This document shows positions 22,751 to 33,233 of a stretch of 64,000 bases of DNA, in pieces (positions within the stretch are counted from its first letter, which is position 1; the number at the start of each line of letters is the position of its first letter). The position numbers and the translations under genes are program-made. A model generated the notes under the pieces. That model ran no database searches. It was not told the origin of the DNA and saw only the letters and a program-made list of their open reading frames with translations. Origin of the DNA: an uncultured Alphaproteobacteria bacterium (lineage in GTDB: Bacteria; Pseudomonadota; Alphaproteobacteria; Sphingomonadales; Sphingomonadaceae); NCBI GenBank assembly GCA_963814305.1, contig CAWFCI010000028.1, forward strand, positions 160,288 through 224,287. Direction: 5' to 3'.

Positions 22751-23250
22751 TTCGACAACCTCTCTCCGGTTGGTTTGGGGCCGCTGGCAAAAGCGACCAT
22801 TCGTTCGACCACATCGATATCGACCAGTGCGTCGTCATTGAGCACGATGTCGCCCTCATCAACGACGGTCTTCCACATATCTTCGGCAACGAGATAACGG
22901 TCATAACCGACCATCCCCATGCATTTGCGCATTGCTGCGTTGCGCATGCGAAAACGGTCGATTTCGGCCATCCGGCCATTGATCATCGCGCCGATCAGTC
23001 CGCCATTGCTTGGCATCCGGTCGCGCATCGACAAAATCGGGCGCGCCTGACCAATGCAATAAACGAGATCGCCGCGTGCCTGGTCCGGGGCTACCCCATC
23101 CTTGTGGAAAAGGAAGAATTTGGCTGGGTCTCCGGGGATTTCACTCTCCCCGGCAGCGGCGGGCGCCTGCTTACTGTCCGCAGCCATAACGGACGTTGCC
23201 GTAAGCGACAGCACAGCAACCGCCATGGCTCCTGATAGCCTCAACTTCAT
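22747..23250 (-). CDS. Hypothetical exported protein with Cys pair and short Gly-zipper
   Basis: Signal peptide; FFLFHKDGV...YC...GGLIGAMI...RKCM..VGY. Confidence 0.75.
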   Translation of the reverse strand: MKLRLSGAMAVAVLSLTATSVMAADSKQAPAAAGESEIPGDPAKFFLFHKDGVAPDQARGDLVYCIGQARPILSMRDRMPSNGGLIGAMINGRMAEIDRFRMRNAAMRKCMGMVGYDRYLVAEDMWKTVVDEGDIVLNDDALVDIDVVERMVAFASGPKPTGERLSK

Positions 23251-23300
23251 GAAATCCCCCCTAAATTTGCCCCTGAGGAAGATTTGCAAAGCTTTGCCGT

Positions 23301-24782
23301 TTAGGCAAGTAACTTTTTGAGAAGATCGTTGATCACCTGCGGGTTGGCCTTGCCCTGCATCGCCTTCATCGTTTGTCCGACGAAGAAGCCGAACAGCTTG
23401 TCCTTGCCGCCGCGATATTCGGCGACCTTGTCTTCGTTGGCGGCCATGATCTTGGCGATTTCGGCTTCGATGGCGCCGGTGTCGCTGGTTTGTTTGAGGC
23501 CTTTTTCCTCGACAATGGCGGCGGCCCCATCATGCCTGCCGCGGTTTCGAGCATGATTTCGAAGACCTGCTTGGCGATGCTACCGGAAATCGTGCCATCG
23601 GCGACAAGGCCGAGCAATTCGGCGGCTTGCTTGGGATTGACCGGGCTTTCATCGAGCGTCTTGCCGAGCTTGTTGAGCGCGCCGAACAGTTCGGACATCA
23701 GCCAGTTCGAACCCTGCTTGGCGTCCACGCCTTCGGCCAGCAAATCCTCGAACCAGAACGCGGTTTCGGCTTCTGCGGTCAGGACGGCGGCGTTGTACGC
23801 GGTGAGGCCCATCGCTTCGTAGCGTGCGCGCTTGGCATCGGGGAGTTCGGGTAAGCGACGCGCGGCATTCCTCGATAAACGCGTCGTCGAGTTCCACGGG
23901 CAGCAAATCGGGGTCGGGGAAATAGCGGTAATCATGCGCGTCTTCTTTCGAGCGCATCGACCGCGTTTCCATCTTGTTTGGGTCGAACAGCCGCGTTTCC
24001 TGAACCACCGCGCCGCCGCTTTCGATCAGGTCAACCTGACGCTGCGCCTCATATTCAATCGCCTGCATCATGAAGCGGATCGAGTTCACATTCTTGGTTT
24101 CGGTGCGCGTGCCCAGTTCACCGCCCGGCTTGCGGACCGAGACGTTGACGTCGGCGCGCATCGAGCCTTGCTCCATATTGCCGTCGCACGAACCGACATA
24201 GCGCAGGATCGAGCGCAGTTTCTTGACATAGGCCCCCGCCTCTTGCGGGCTGCGCATGTCGGGACGCGAGACGATTTCCATCAGCGCCACGCCCGAACGG
24301 TTGAGGTCGACAAAGGACATCGTCGGATGCTGGTCGTGCATCAGCTTGCCCGCGTCCTGTTCGACATGGATTCGCTCGATGCCGATTTTCTTGACCGCGC
24401 TGTCGGGGTCTTTTTCGTTGAGCGTCACCTCGATTTCGCCCTCGCCGACAATCGGGTGGTACAGCTGCGAAATCTGGTAGCCCTGCGGCAAATCGGCGTA
24501 GAAATAATTCTTCCGGTCAAACCGCGACCAGCGATTGATCTGCGCATTGATCGCCATGCCGGTGCGCACGGCCTGCCGCAGACATTCGCGGTTCGGCACA
24601 GGCAGCATCCCCGGCATCGCGGCATCGACGAGGCTGACATGGCTGTTCGGCTCGGCCCCAAAGCCGGTCGACGAGCCGGAAAACAGCTTGGACTCACTGG
24701 TCACCTGCGCATGAACCTCAAGGCCAATCACGACCTCCCATTCGCCGGTGTTTCCCTGGATGCGGTATGTTGATTTAGTCAT
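23301..24782 (-). CDS. gatB: Asp/Glu-tRNA amidotransferase subunit B (frameshifted)
   Basis: [27 protein letters not shown]; C-terminal [18 protein letters not shown] in other frames. Confidence 0.95.
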
Positions 24783-24785
24783 GAT

Positions 24786-25127
24786 TTATCGTCCATCCCT
24801 GTAAAGAAACGGAACTTTAAATTGGATCCGGCTCATCGTAGAATTTTCATTGTTCTTCTCACTACCAACGTTGGCACCCACAGCAGAAAATTCCAGTTTA
24901 AGACCACCTTTTGCTCCGCCAGACGACTTTGCGGTAATAGCCACGTCAAAAGTCACTTCATTCGGGTGTTCAAAATTTGACGCGCCGGTATGTCTTTTTG
25001 ATGGCAATTGCGTATATGCCTGTGCTTCAGCAACAGCTTCAAACACTGCTCTAAGCGTAGTTGTAACAAATGTTTTAAGTTCATCGCCATTTGCCTCGGG
25101 CGAACTCTCAACAGTCTTACCGCTCAT
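24786..25127 (-). CDS. Trypco2-like small protein, AT-rich
   Basis: ELKTFV..TL..V..A...VTFDVAIT.....KGGLKL....G.........SRIQFKVP pattern; one sampled 60-nt line (24841-24900) is 40% GC. Confidence 0.6.
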   Translation of the reverse strand: MSGKTVESSPEANGDELKTFVTTTLRAVFEAVAEAQAYTQLPSKRHTGASNFEHPNEVTFDVAITAKSSGGAKGGLKLEFSAVGANVGSEKNNENSTMSRIQFKVPFLYRDGR

Positions 25128-25128
25128 A

Positions 25129-26619
25129 TCACCACCACTCTCCGGCTTCCGCCGTAAATCCTGAACGCTGTTCGATGGCGAGGCCAGCGTTGAGCACCGC
25201 CTGTTCGTCGAGCGCTTTGCCTATGATTTGCAGGCCAAGCGGGAGACCGTCCTTGCTGAGGCCGCCCGGGACCGACATTGCGGGCAGGCCAGCCAACGAT
25301 GCTGGCACCGCGAAGACGTCGTTGAGATACATCGACAGCGGGTCGCTGCGTTTTCTCGCCAAGGCCGAATGCGGCGCTTGGGGCGGTGGGCGCGAGGATG
25401 AGGTCGCACTGGCCCCAAGCATGTCTCGAAATCGCGGGCGATCAACGCGCGGACCTTCTGCGCCTGCGTGTAATAAGCGTCGTAGAAACCCGGCGCTCAG
25501 CACATAGGTGCCGATCATGATGCGGCGGCGGACTTCTTCGCCGAAACCGGCGGCGCGGGTCGCGGCATACATGTCTTGCAGGCCAGCGCCCTCGGGCAAG
25601 TCGCGCAAGCCGAAGCGCACGCCGTCATAGCGCGCGAGGTTCGACGAGGCTTCGGCGGGTGCGATGATGTAATAAGCGGGCAGCGCATATTTGGTGTGCG
25701 GCAGACTGATATCGACGATTTCCGCGCCTGCATCCTTCAGCCAGGCGATGCCATTGTCCCACATACTTGGCGATATCTTCGTCGATGCCGTCGAGGCGGT
25801 ATTCCTTGGGGATACCGATGCGCTTGCCCTTGAGGTCGCTGTTCAGGCCAGCCTCCCATTCGGGCACGGGCAGGTCGAGCGAGGTCGAATCCTTGGGGTC
25901 AAACCCCGCCATCGCCTCAAGCATGATCGCACAGTCGCGCACATCGCGCGCCATCGGCCCCGCCTGATCGAGCGAAGACGCAAACGCCACCACGCCCCAG
26001 CGCGAGCAGCGGCCATAAGTCGGCTTGATCCCGCTGATGCCGACGAACGCCGCAGGCTGGCGGATCGAACCGCCGGTATCGGTGCCGGTCGCAGCCGGAC
26101 ACAAACGCGCCGCAATCGCCGACGCCGAACCGCCCGAAGAACCGCCGGGCGCCAGCGCCGCGTTGTCGCCGCTCACTCGCGTCGCCAAGGCGAAATGACA
26201 TTGCCGAAATAGCTGGTCTCGTTCGACGAGCCCATCGCGAACTGGTCCATATTGAGCTTGCCGAGCATCCCTGCCCCAGCCTTCCACAGGTTCGCGGACA
26301 CGGTCGATTCATAGGTCGGCACAAAGCCTTCGAGGATATGGCTGGCCGCGGTGGTCTGCACGCCTTCGGTGCAGAACAGGTCCTTCATGCCAATCGGCAC
26401 TCCAGCCATCTTGCCAAGCGGCTTGCCAGCGGCGCGGTCGGCGTCGACGGCTTGCGCTGCTTCAATCGCCTTCTCCGGGGTTTCGACGATAAAGGCGTTC
26501 AGCGCCTTGGCTTTGGCAACGTTAGCATTGAAGGCGGTGGCAACTTCTACGGCGGTGAAATCACCGGAGGCCACGCCTTCGCGAATTGCGGCAACGCCGA
26601 GTTTGGTCAGTTCGGTCAT
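25129..26619 (-). CDS. gatA: Asp/Glu-tRNA amidotransferase subunit A (several frameshifts)
   Basis: [40 protein letters not shown]. Confidence 0.95.
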
Positions 26620-26628
26620 TTCACCACT

Positions 26629-26719
26629 CCGTCACCCTGAACTCGTTTCAGGGTCCATTTATCCGTTCTGGCTCCGGCCGTGCTGCACGATAGACCCTGA
26701 AACAAGTTCAGGGTGACGG
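26629..26719. repeat. REP-like palindromic element between gatC and gatA
   Basis: CCGTCACCCTGAACTCGTTTCAGGGTC ... GACCCTGAAACAAGTTCAGGGTGACGG inverted arms, each self-complementary. Confidence 0.85.
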
Positions 26720-26746
26720 CAGTGTAGGAAGTAAGGTGGCGTTCCA

Positions 26747-27035
26747 TTATTCAATCACCTTGGGCACGCCGAAAAAGCTGCCTTCGCGGGCGGGCGCATT
26801 GGCCAGCACCTTGTCACGTACATCGCCATCAGTGACGACATCGTCACGCAGGCGCAGCTTGTTGGGGATGACAGCGGTCATCGGTTCGACGCCGGTGCAA
26901 TCGACCTCGCCCAATTGTTCGACCCATTCGAGGATGCCGTTCAGCTCCCCGACCATCTTCTCGGCCTCTGCATCGCTGATCGCAATGCGGCGAAAGCCGC
27001 GCGATTTTGTTCACGGTATCTTTATCTACAGACAT
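26747..27035 (-). CDS. gatC: Asp/Glu-tRNA amidotransferase subunit C (frameshift near 26995)
   Basis: [14 protein letters not shown]...LRDD...NAP....FFGVPKVIE. Confidence 0.93.
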
Positions 27036-27166
27036 GAAGGAGCCGCTAGCATCCACCCTGCCCAGCTTCAACGGAAAAGCTGTGCTTGTCAGGTCGCATT
27101 CAAAAATCCGGTGCTATTTCGAACAAATCGGCTAATTGGCCGTTAAATATACCGAACGGATTTCAA

Positions 27167-28288
27167 GTGGCTCGCAAGTTTCTCTATTTCTTCGCCGGAC
27201 TGGTCGTGCTCGTGATCGCGGGTGGTTTTGCCTTTAGCATTTACCAGGACGAGCTGACCGATTTCGCCATCGGCCAGCTCGAGCCGACGGTAAAGTTCGA
27301 AAAGCAGGAAGCATTAGCCACCAACATCTACGACCGGCCCGAAATGTGGTTCTCGCATAACGGCCAGAGAAACAACAACCCCACATTATGGCAGCCGGTA
27401 GGAGCGCCTGAAACAGATGTACCCGGATCGGCTGCCATTTTCTTCGTTCACCCGACCTCGTTTATGGCGCGCACGCATTGGAATGCGCCATTGGATGATC
27501 AGGAGTTGCAAGACCGTGCGCGCCTGTTCCTGCGCGGGCTCGCAACACCGTTCGCTTCCGCTGGCGAAGTCTGGGCACCGCGCTATCGGCAGGCGGGCAT
27601 CTACGCGTTTCTGACTACCGAGCCGGATGGCGCGGCGGCGCTCAATGATGCCTATCAGGATGTCCTCTTGGCCTTCGATCATTTCGTCAAAAATGTGCAG
27701 AAAGACCGACCGATCATCCTGGCAGGACACAGCCAGGGTGCATTGCATCTGACGCATCTGATGAAAGATCGCATTGCAGGTAAGCCAATCGCCAAGCGCG
27801 TTGTTGCCGCCTATGTTGTGGGCTGGCCCGTGTCTGTCACCACTGACATTCCGGTAATGGGCTTGCCCGTGTGCAATTCGCCCGACCAGACAGGATGCGT
27901 GATGGGCTGGGAAAGCTATGCCGAGCCTGCACGCTACGGTAAAATTCTTGAACTTTATAACGCCACCACGGGCTTTGACGGCACCTCACGCAAGGACACG
28001 CCGATTTTGTGCACCAACCCGCTTAACGGCGGCAGCGCGCCCGAAGCCTTGGCAACGGCAAATCTTGGCACCCTCAAACCATCGGGCGACATGAGCAGCG
28101 GTGAATTGATCGCCGAAACCGTCCCTGCCCGCTGCGACGACAAGGGCTTCCTGTTGATTGGCGAGCCAGTCGATATGGGACCATATGTGCTGCCTGGTAA
28201 TAATTACCATGTCTATGACATCCCGCTTTTTTGGGCGAACGTCCGCGCCGACGCCCTTTGGCGCACACAGAAATTTCTGGAAAAATGA
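27167..28288 (+). CDS. DUF3089 alpha/beta-hydrolase-like protein
   Basis: [31 protein letters not shown]. Confidence 0.85.
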   Translation: MARKFLYFFAGLVVLVIAGGFAFSIYQDELTDFAIGQLEPTVKFEKQEALATNIYDRPEMWFSHNGQRNNNPTLWQPVGAPETDVPGSAAIFFVHPTSFMARTHWNAPLDDQELQDRARLFLRGLATPFASAGEVWAPRYRQAGIYAFLTTEPDGAAALNDAYQDVLLAFDHFVKNVQKDRPIILAGHSQGALHLTHLMKDRIAGKPIAKRVVAAYVVGWPVSVTTDIPVMGLPVCNSPDQTGCVMGWESYAEPARYGKILELYNATTGFDGTSRKDTPILCTNPLNGGSAPEALATANLGTLKPSGDMSSGELIAETVPARCDDKGFLLIGEPVDMGPYVLPGNNYHVYDIPLFWANVRADALWRTQKFLEK

Positions 28289-28743
28289 TCTTTGAGGCTG
28301 CTCTGGATTTCCGCGACGCCTTGGCCGACGGCGGCGTGCTGATCGGTCTTGATGTCGGCAGCAAAACCATTGGCACCGCATTTTGCGACGCGGGCTGGAC
28401 ATACGCTTCTCCCGCCGACTTAATCAAACGCAGCAAATTCACCAAGGATAAGGCAGCATTGGTCGCGGCCATCGCCACCCGTGCAACCAAAGGCATAGTC
28501 ATTGGCCTGCCGCTCAACATGGACGGCAGCGAAAGTCCGCGAAGCCAATCGAGCCGCGCCTTCGCCCGCAACATCGAAGATTTGGGCCTGCCGATATTGC
28601 TGCGTGACGAACGCTGGTCGACCCAAGCCATCGAACGCGAGATGATCGCCGCCGACATGAGCCGCGCCAAGCGCGCCGAAAAAATCGATAGCGGCGCAGC
28701 GGCGTTTATCCTGCAGGGCGCGATTGATGCGTTGACGACATAG
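28285..28743 (+). CDS. ruvX: RuvX/YqgF pre-16S rRNA nuclease
   Basis: [32 protein letters not shown]. Confidence 0.93.
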   Translation: MIFEAALDFRDALADGGVLIGLDVGSKTIGTAFCDAGWTYASPADLIKRSKFTKDKAALVAAIATRATKGIVIGLPLNMDGSESPRSQSSRAFARNIEDLGLPILLRDERWSTQAIEREMIAADMSRAKRAEKIDSGAAAFILQGAIDALTT

Positions 28744-28747
28744 TACC

Positions 28748-28919
28748 CCCTCTCTCCTTCAGGGGAGAGGAGCGAGACTTGCGAACTTGTTCGCTAGTCG
28801 CAGCGGAGAGGGGTTCTGGTCTCTCGACCGCGACTGCCCCTCTCCAACTACGCATAATCGCCCTTCGACAAGCTCAGAACTGCTAAGGCTTCGTATCCTC
28901 TCCCCTGAAGGGGAGAGGG
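28748..28919. repeat. Compound REP-like palindrome
   Basis: CCCTCTCTCCTTCAGGGGAGAGG ... CCTCTCCCCTGAAGGGGAGAGGG outer arms; inner GGAGAGGGG/CCCCTCTCC. Confidence 0.85.
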
Positions 28920-28970
28920 ATTTTGCACGGCTTGCCACTCCCTCCCTTTCCCTCTAAGGGCATCGCTTTA

Positions 28971-29966
28971 ATGACATGGACACAGCCTTTTGCAGCCGAC
29001 AGCTTTCCAAGCGGGTCGGATGCCTTTCCGCATAAGCATTTGCTTGGTATCGCCGGACTCCAGAAATGGGAAATCCTCTACATCCTGAAAGAAGCGCAGC
29101 AATGGGTGGCGCTTAACCGGTCGGGTGCCGCAAAGCATGATGACCGGTTGGCAGGTTTAACCATTATCAACGCCTTTTTTGAAAATTCGACGCGGACCTT
29201 GCTGTCGTTCGAAATCGCCGGAAAGCGGCTCGGTGGCGATATCGTCAACATGCACGCCGCGCAGTCGAGCGTCAAAAAGGGCGAAACGTTGATCGACACC
29301 GCGATGACGCTGAACGCGATGCGCGCCGATGCGATTGTTATCCGGCATGGCAGCTCGGGCGCGGTGCAGTTGATATCCAGCAAGGTCGATTGCCCGGTTC
29401 TGAACGCAGGCGATGGCAGCCATGAGCATCCGACGCAGGCGCTGCTCGATGCGCTAACGATCATGCGGCGCAAGGGTAAGGTCGAGGGGCAAACCGTCGT
29501 CATTTGCGGCGATGTTCTTCACAGCCGTGTTGCCCGGTCGAACCTGTTTTGCTTGAAATCCTTAGGTGCAGAGGTTCGCGTCGTCGCGCCCCCTGCCCTG
29601 ATGCCCAGCGGCATCGAAGCGTTTGGTGCTAAGCCGTATAGCAATTTTGACGCCGCGCTCGACGGCGCTGACGTCGTGATGATGCTGCGCCTGCAAAGCG
29701 AGCGGATGCAGGGCGATTTCATCCCCTCCCCGCGCGAATATTTCCATCTGTATGGCCTCGACGAGAGGCGGCTGGCACTGGCCAAACCCGATGCGCTTGT
29801 TATGCACCCCGGTCCGATGAACCGCGGCGTCGAGATCGCGAGCAACATCGCCGACCATGTCGAACGCTCCGCTATTACCGAGCAAGTCGAGATGGGCGTC
29901 GCGGTCCGAATGGCCTGCCTCGATATTTTGACGCGGCGGGCGCGCGGCGTGGAGGGCTGGGCATGA
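28971..29966 (+). CDS. pyrB: Aspartate carbamoyltransferase catalytic subunit
   Basis: [30 protein letters not shown]. Confidence 0.97.
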   Translation: MTWTQPFAADSFPSGSDAFPHKHLLGIAGLQKWEILYILKEAQQWVALNRSGAAKHDDRLAGLTIINAFFENSTRTLLSFEIAGKRLGGDIVNMHAAQSSVKKGETLIDTAMTLNAMRADAIVIRHGSSGAVQLISSKVDCPVLNAGDGSHEHPTQALLDALTIMRRKGKVEGQTVVICGDVLHSRVARSNLFCLKSLGAEVRVVAPPALMPSGIEAFGAKPYSNFDAALDGADVVMMLRLQSERMQGDFIPSPREYFHLYGLDERRLALAKPDALVMHPGPMNRGVEIASNIADHVERSAITEQVEMGVAVRMACLDILTRRARGVEGWA

Positions 29967-31180
29967 GCGGCATCAACATTACCGGCGGTCACGTTATATT
30001 ACCCGGCAATGGTGAGGCCGAAGTGCTGCATTTGCATATCGAGGACGGCAAGATTTGTTCTGTCGGCAAAGCTGCACCATTGGCAGAACAGATCGACGCG
30101 AGCGGGCTGATTGTCGCGCCTGGCATCATCGATTTGGGCGTGTTCAAAACCGACAAGCCCGCTTTCCGGTTCGGTGGAATCACCCGTGCTGCGCTGATGC
30201 CCGACCAGTCACCCGTCCACGATGATCCGGCTACGGTTCGATATGCAGCACTAAAGGGCAAACCCGATTTCTGGGTCCACCCGCTCGCCGCCGCCACGCG
30301 CGATCTGGCGGGGCTGCACATGGCCGAGATTGCTTTGATGAAGGAAGCTGGTGCGGTTGGCGTCGCCACTGGTCGGGAATGGATTGCCGACAGCGGCATC
30401 ATGCTGCGGATCATGCGCTATTGCGCGGCGCTCAACCTGCCGATGATCGTACACAGCGAAGATGCAGGCCTCGCTGGCAACGCAGTTGCGACCGAAGGAG
30501 AGACCGCGACGCTGCTTGGCCTGTCGAGCGCATCTCCGATGACCGAGGCGCTTGCAATCGCTCGTGACCTGATGCTTGCAGAAGAGAGTGGCGCTCATGT
30601 CCATTTCAGGCAAGTGACCACAGCACGCGGCTTGGACATGATCCGGGCAGGCAAAACCAGAGGACTTCGGATCAGCTGCGGTATTACACCTGCGCATTTG
30701 TTCCTGTCGGACAATGCTGTTTCGGATTTCCGCACCTTTTCAAAGCTTTCACCGCCTCTGCGGTGCGAAAATGACCGTCAGGCATGCATCGCGGCCGTCG
30801 CCGATGGCACGATCGACGTCATTGCTTCTGGCCATGACCCACGCGGCCCCGAAGACAAACGCCTGCCATTCACCGAAGCCGAACCCGGCATGGCAGGCGC
30901 GGAAACCCTGCTCGCATTATGCTACAACCTGGTACGCGAAGGTAGTATATCCACAGCGCGGCTGTTCGAATTGCTGGCAGCTAATCCCGCTAAGATATTG
31001 GGATTAAAGGCAGGATCAATTACCGAAGGCTATGAAGCCGACCTCATTTTGATCGACCCTGATGCGCCATGGCAAGTCGACGGTGACAAAATGGCGGCCT
31101 TGGCCGGGAACACGCCGTTCGACAAGCTACCCGTACAAGGCCGGGTTCGCCAAATAATGAAGGGCGGCAAGCTGCTTTAG
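29963..31180 (+). CDS. pyrC: Dihydroorotase-like protein, probably inactive PyrC'
   Basis: Amidohydrolase fold ([19 protein letters not shown]) but HxH replaced by DLGVF and DHAP by GHDP. Confidence 0.85.
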   Translation: MSGINITGGHVILPGNGEAEVLHLHIEDGKICSVGKAAPLAEQIDASGLIVAPGIIDLGVFKTDKPAFRFGGITRAALMPDQSPVHDDPATVRYAALKGKPDFWVHPLAAATRDLAGLHMAEIALMKEAGAVGVATGREWIADSGIMLRIMRYCAALNLPMIVHSEDAGLAGNAVATEGETATLLGLSSASPMTEALAIARDLMLAEESGAHVHFRQVTTARGLDMIRAGKTRGLRISCGITPAHLFLSDNAVSDFRTFSKLSPPLRCENDRQACIAAVADGTIDVIASGHDPRGPEDKRLPFTEAEPGMAGAETLLALCYNLVREGSISTARLFELLAANPAKILGLKAGSITEGYEADLILIDPDAPWQVDGDKMAALAGNTPFDKLPVQGRVRQIMKGGKLL

Positions 31181-31213
31181 CTCCCCGCCCTCCGCGTATA
31201 TTTCATCTACTTC

Positions 31214-32551
31214 TCAGCGCGATGCGATCCGGCGACCCTGCTTGCTGGCCATCCGCACTGGCGCACCACCCGAAGCACTGCGGACAAAACATACACCACC
31301 CTGCGACTTGATCTGCGAGCACGCGGCATTAGCCGCCGCTGCATTGCCGAAGCCGGCGGCGCTCAAGCGAACGAATTTGCGCCCATTGACGGTAACCGTC
31401 GTTTTGGCGGGCTGAAAATCACCGAGCATGCCATGACGCTTGCTTAGCTTTGCCCATGCATCATTCGCGACAGCGGCATTGTTGAACGCCCCGAGCTGAA
31501 CAACATGCGAACTGCCCGATGCGTAAGGCTTTGAAGCTGAAACGTCAGCCATCGCCAATTTCACGGGAGCAGCCGATGCGGCCTTCGCCGGACCTTCCGA
31601 CGCTTTGATGAGCGGCGCTTCGAACACGGGCGCGACAGGCGAGGCTTCAGCGATTTTCACTTCGCTATCAACAGCGGCAAAACCGGCGCTGTCGGCTATT
31701 GGGGCAGGACCGACCGCAGCCAATTCCGCAACAGGTGCAGCGGCAACGATGTCAGCAGGAGCGGCTGGAATATCAGCCTGCGCCAGTTGGACGGGTGCGA
31801 CCGAATTCAATGCAAGTCGAACCGGCTGGCCGGTATCAGCGAGATTCGGGCGGACCTTCAACAGGCCCGCAACGCGCAGCGTATAGGCTTCTGGACGTGC
31901 AAATTGTGCCCATTCGGCAATACGGTCATTGACTTGTGTCTGCGCCATATCCTGCGACGCCATGACTCGTGCATCGCGCCAGCGGCCATCGAGCGCATAG
32001 GCCAATGCCAAGTTCTGGCGAGTGCGCGATGTCGCGTTATCGGTGCGGATCGCATCGGTAAGGATGGCAACTGCATCGCCCGAACGTCCGGCGAGCGCCA
32101 GCGTCAACGCATAGTCGCTAACCGGGAGGATCGAACGGTTGGCTTCAACCAGGGAAATTGCCAAATCGACATTACCCTGCGCGATACGGGCAAGCGAGAG
32201 ACTAATCACGGTGCGCGGATCGACCTGGCCAAGTTCCATAACATCCATCAACGTGCGCTCGGCGGCCACAAAGCGGCCCTGCGACATGTATATGCGAGCG
32301 AGCAGCGCGCGATAATCACGGTTCTGCAGGTCGGCCTCGACCGCAAGCTCTGCAAAAGTCAGCGCACGTTCGCTCTTGCCCTTGGCCACTGCCGCCTCGG
32401 CTTTCTTGGCCCAGCCGTAAGCCTTCTCCGGCCCCGCCTTCTTTGCCGAAACCTTGTTCGTGCTGCTGAAACCGGCGGTCGACATAACGACCGACGGCAC
32501 GGCGACAAACGCGGTCGACAGAGCGAGCTTCACGACAAAATTGCTATTCAT
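31214..32551 (-). CDS. Exported TPR + SPOR domain protein
   Basis: Signal peptide, TPRs including RQNLALAYALDGRW, C-terminal VVQLGAF...C..IK..GG.C SPOR. Confidence 0.85.
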   Translation of the reverse strand: MNSNFVVKLALSTAFVAVPSVVMSTAGFSSTNKVSAKKAGPEKAYGWAKKAEAAVAKGKSERALTFAELAVEADLQNRDYRALLARIYMSQGRFVAAERTLMDVMELGQVDPRTVISLSLARIAQGNVDLAISLVEANRSILPVSDYALTLALAGRSGDAVAILTDAIRTDNATSRTRQNLALAYALDGRWRDARVMASQDMAQTQVNDRIAEWAQFARPEAYTLRVAGLLKVRPNLADTGQPVRLALNSVAPVQLAQADIPAAPADIVAAAPVAELAAVGPAPIADSAGFAAVDSEVKIAEASPVAPVFEAPLIKASEGPAKAASAAPVKLAMADVSASKPYASGSSHVVQLGAFNNAAVANDAWAKLSKRHGMLGDFQPAKTTVTVNGRKFVRLSAAGFGNAAAANAACSQIKSQGGVCFVRSASGGAPVRMASKQGRRIASR

Positions 32552-32585
32552 GGCATCACCTCAAAAAAGCTCTCAAAAACTTGGA

Positions 32586-33212
32586 TTAATGTTTCTTGGT
32601 CGGAATATGCGTGGTCATGTGGCCGATCTCTGGCATCGATTCGAGAAACGCATCGAGCGCGTCAGTCACCAGATTTTGCGCGGATTGATGGCGGATCGCA
32701 CAGGCCAGTCGCAGCTTCAGATGCCGTTCGCCGTCAAGACGCAGCGTGAACGCCGCCTTGCCCTTATGTCCCGGTTTCGCTCGTGCCTTTGAACGTGGCG
32801 CGTCGGTATTGCGGCTGCGGTCGATGGGACGAACCGGCGGTTCAGGAGTCATCGTCACGACAGTCATCGTGTCGGCAACCGAAGGTTCTTCATCTGCGAA
32901 ACTGTCAAAGCCGACTTCGGCTTCCTGCTCGACATCATATTCCTCGGCAATTCGCTCTTGCTGATGCTTCACATCAGGCACGGCCGCCGCGAGCGGGTTT
33001 GCGCCGTGGAAGCTGTGGTCGTAATCCATCGGCGTCGTGGGATCAGGATCGACATCGTAACCCATGTCATTCCAGCCGAGATCATCATGTGCAAATGCCG
33101 CGTTTCCGTTGGTTCCAAGCATTGCTGCCGGACGGCGCATGGCTGGACGTGCCAAACCCTTGCGGGCCAGCAAAACACCGGAAAGCGATGCGATTGGTTT
33201 TGGTTCGCTCAT
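32586..33212 (-). CDS. Hypothetical protein with C-terminal ribbon-helix-helix (ParG-like)
   Basis: Basic N-terminus LLARKG.ARPAMRR, acidic disordered middle, C-terminal AFTLRLDGERHLKLRLACA...SAQNLVTDALDAFL. Confidence 0.7.
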   Translation of the reverse strand: MSEPKPIASLSGVLLARKGLARPAMRRPAAMLGTNGNAAFAHDDLGWNDMGYDVDPDPTTPMDYDHSFHGANPLAAAVPDVKHQQERIAEEYDVEQEAEVGFDSFADEEPSVADTMTVVTMTPEPPVRPIDRSRNTDAPRSKARAKPGHKGKAAFTLRLDGERHLKLRLACAIRHQSAQNLVTDALDAFLESMPEIGHMTTHIPTKKH

Positions 33213-33233
33213 TTTATTTGCCCCCTCCAATGT

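Noticed and set aside
26629-28919. Palindromes as CRISPR repeats
   Set aside because: No regularly spaced direct repeats with spacers and no cas genes
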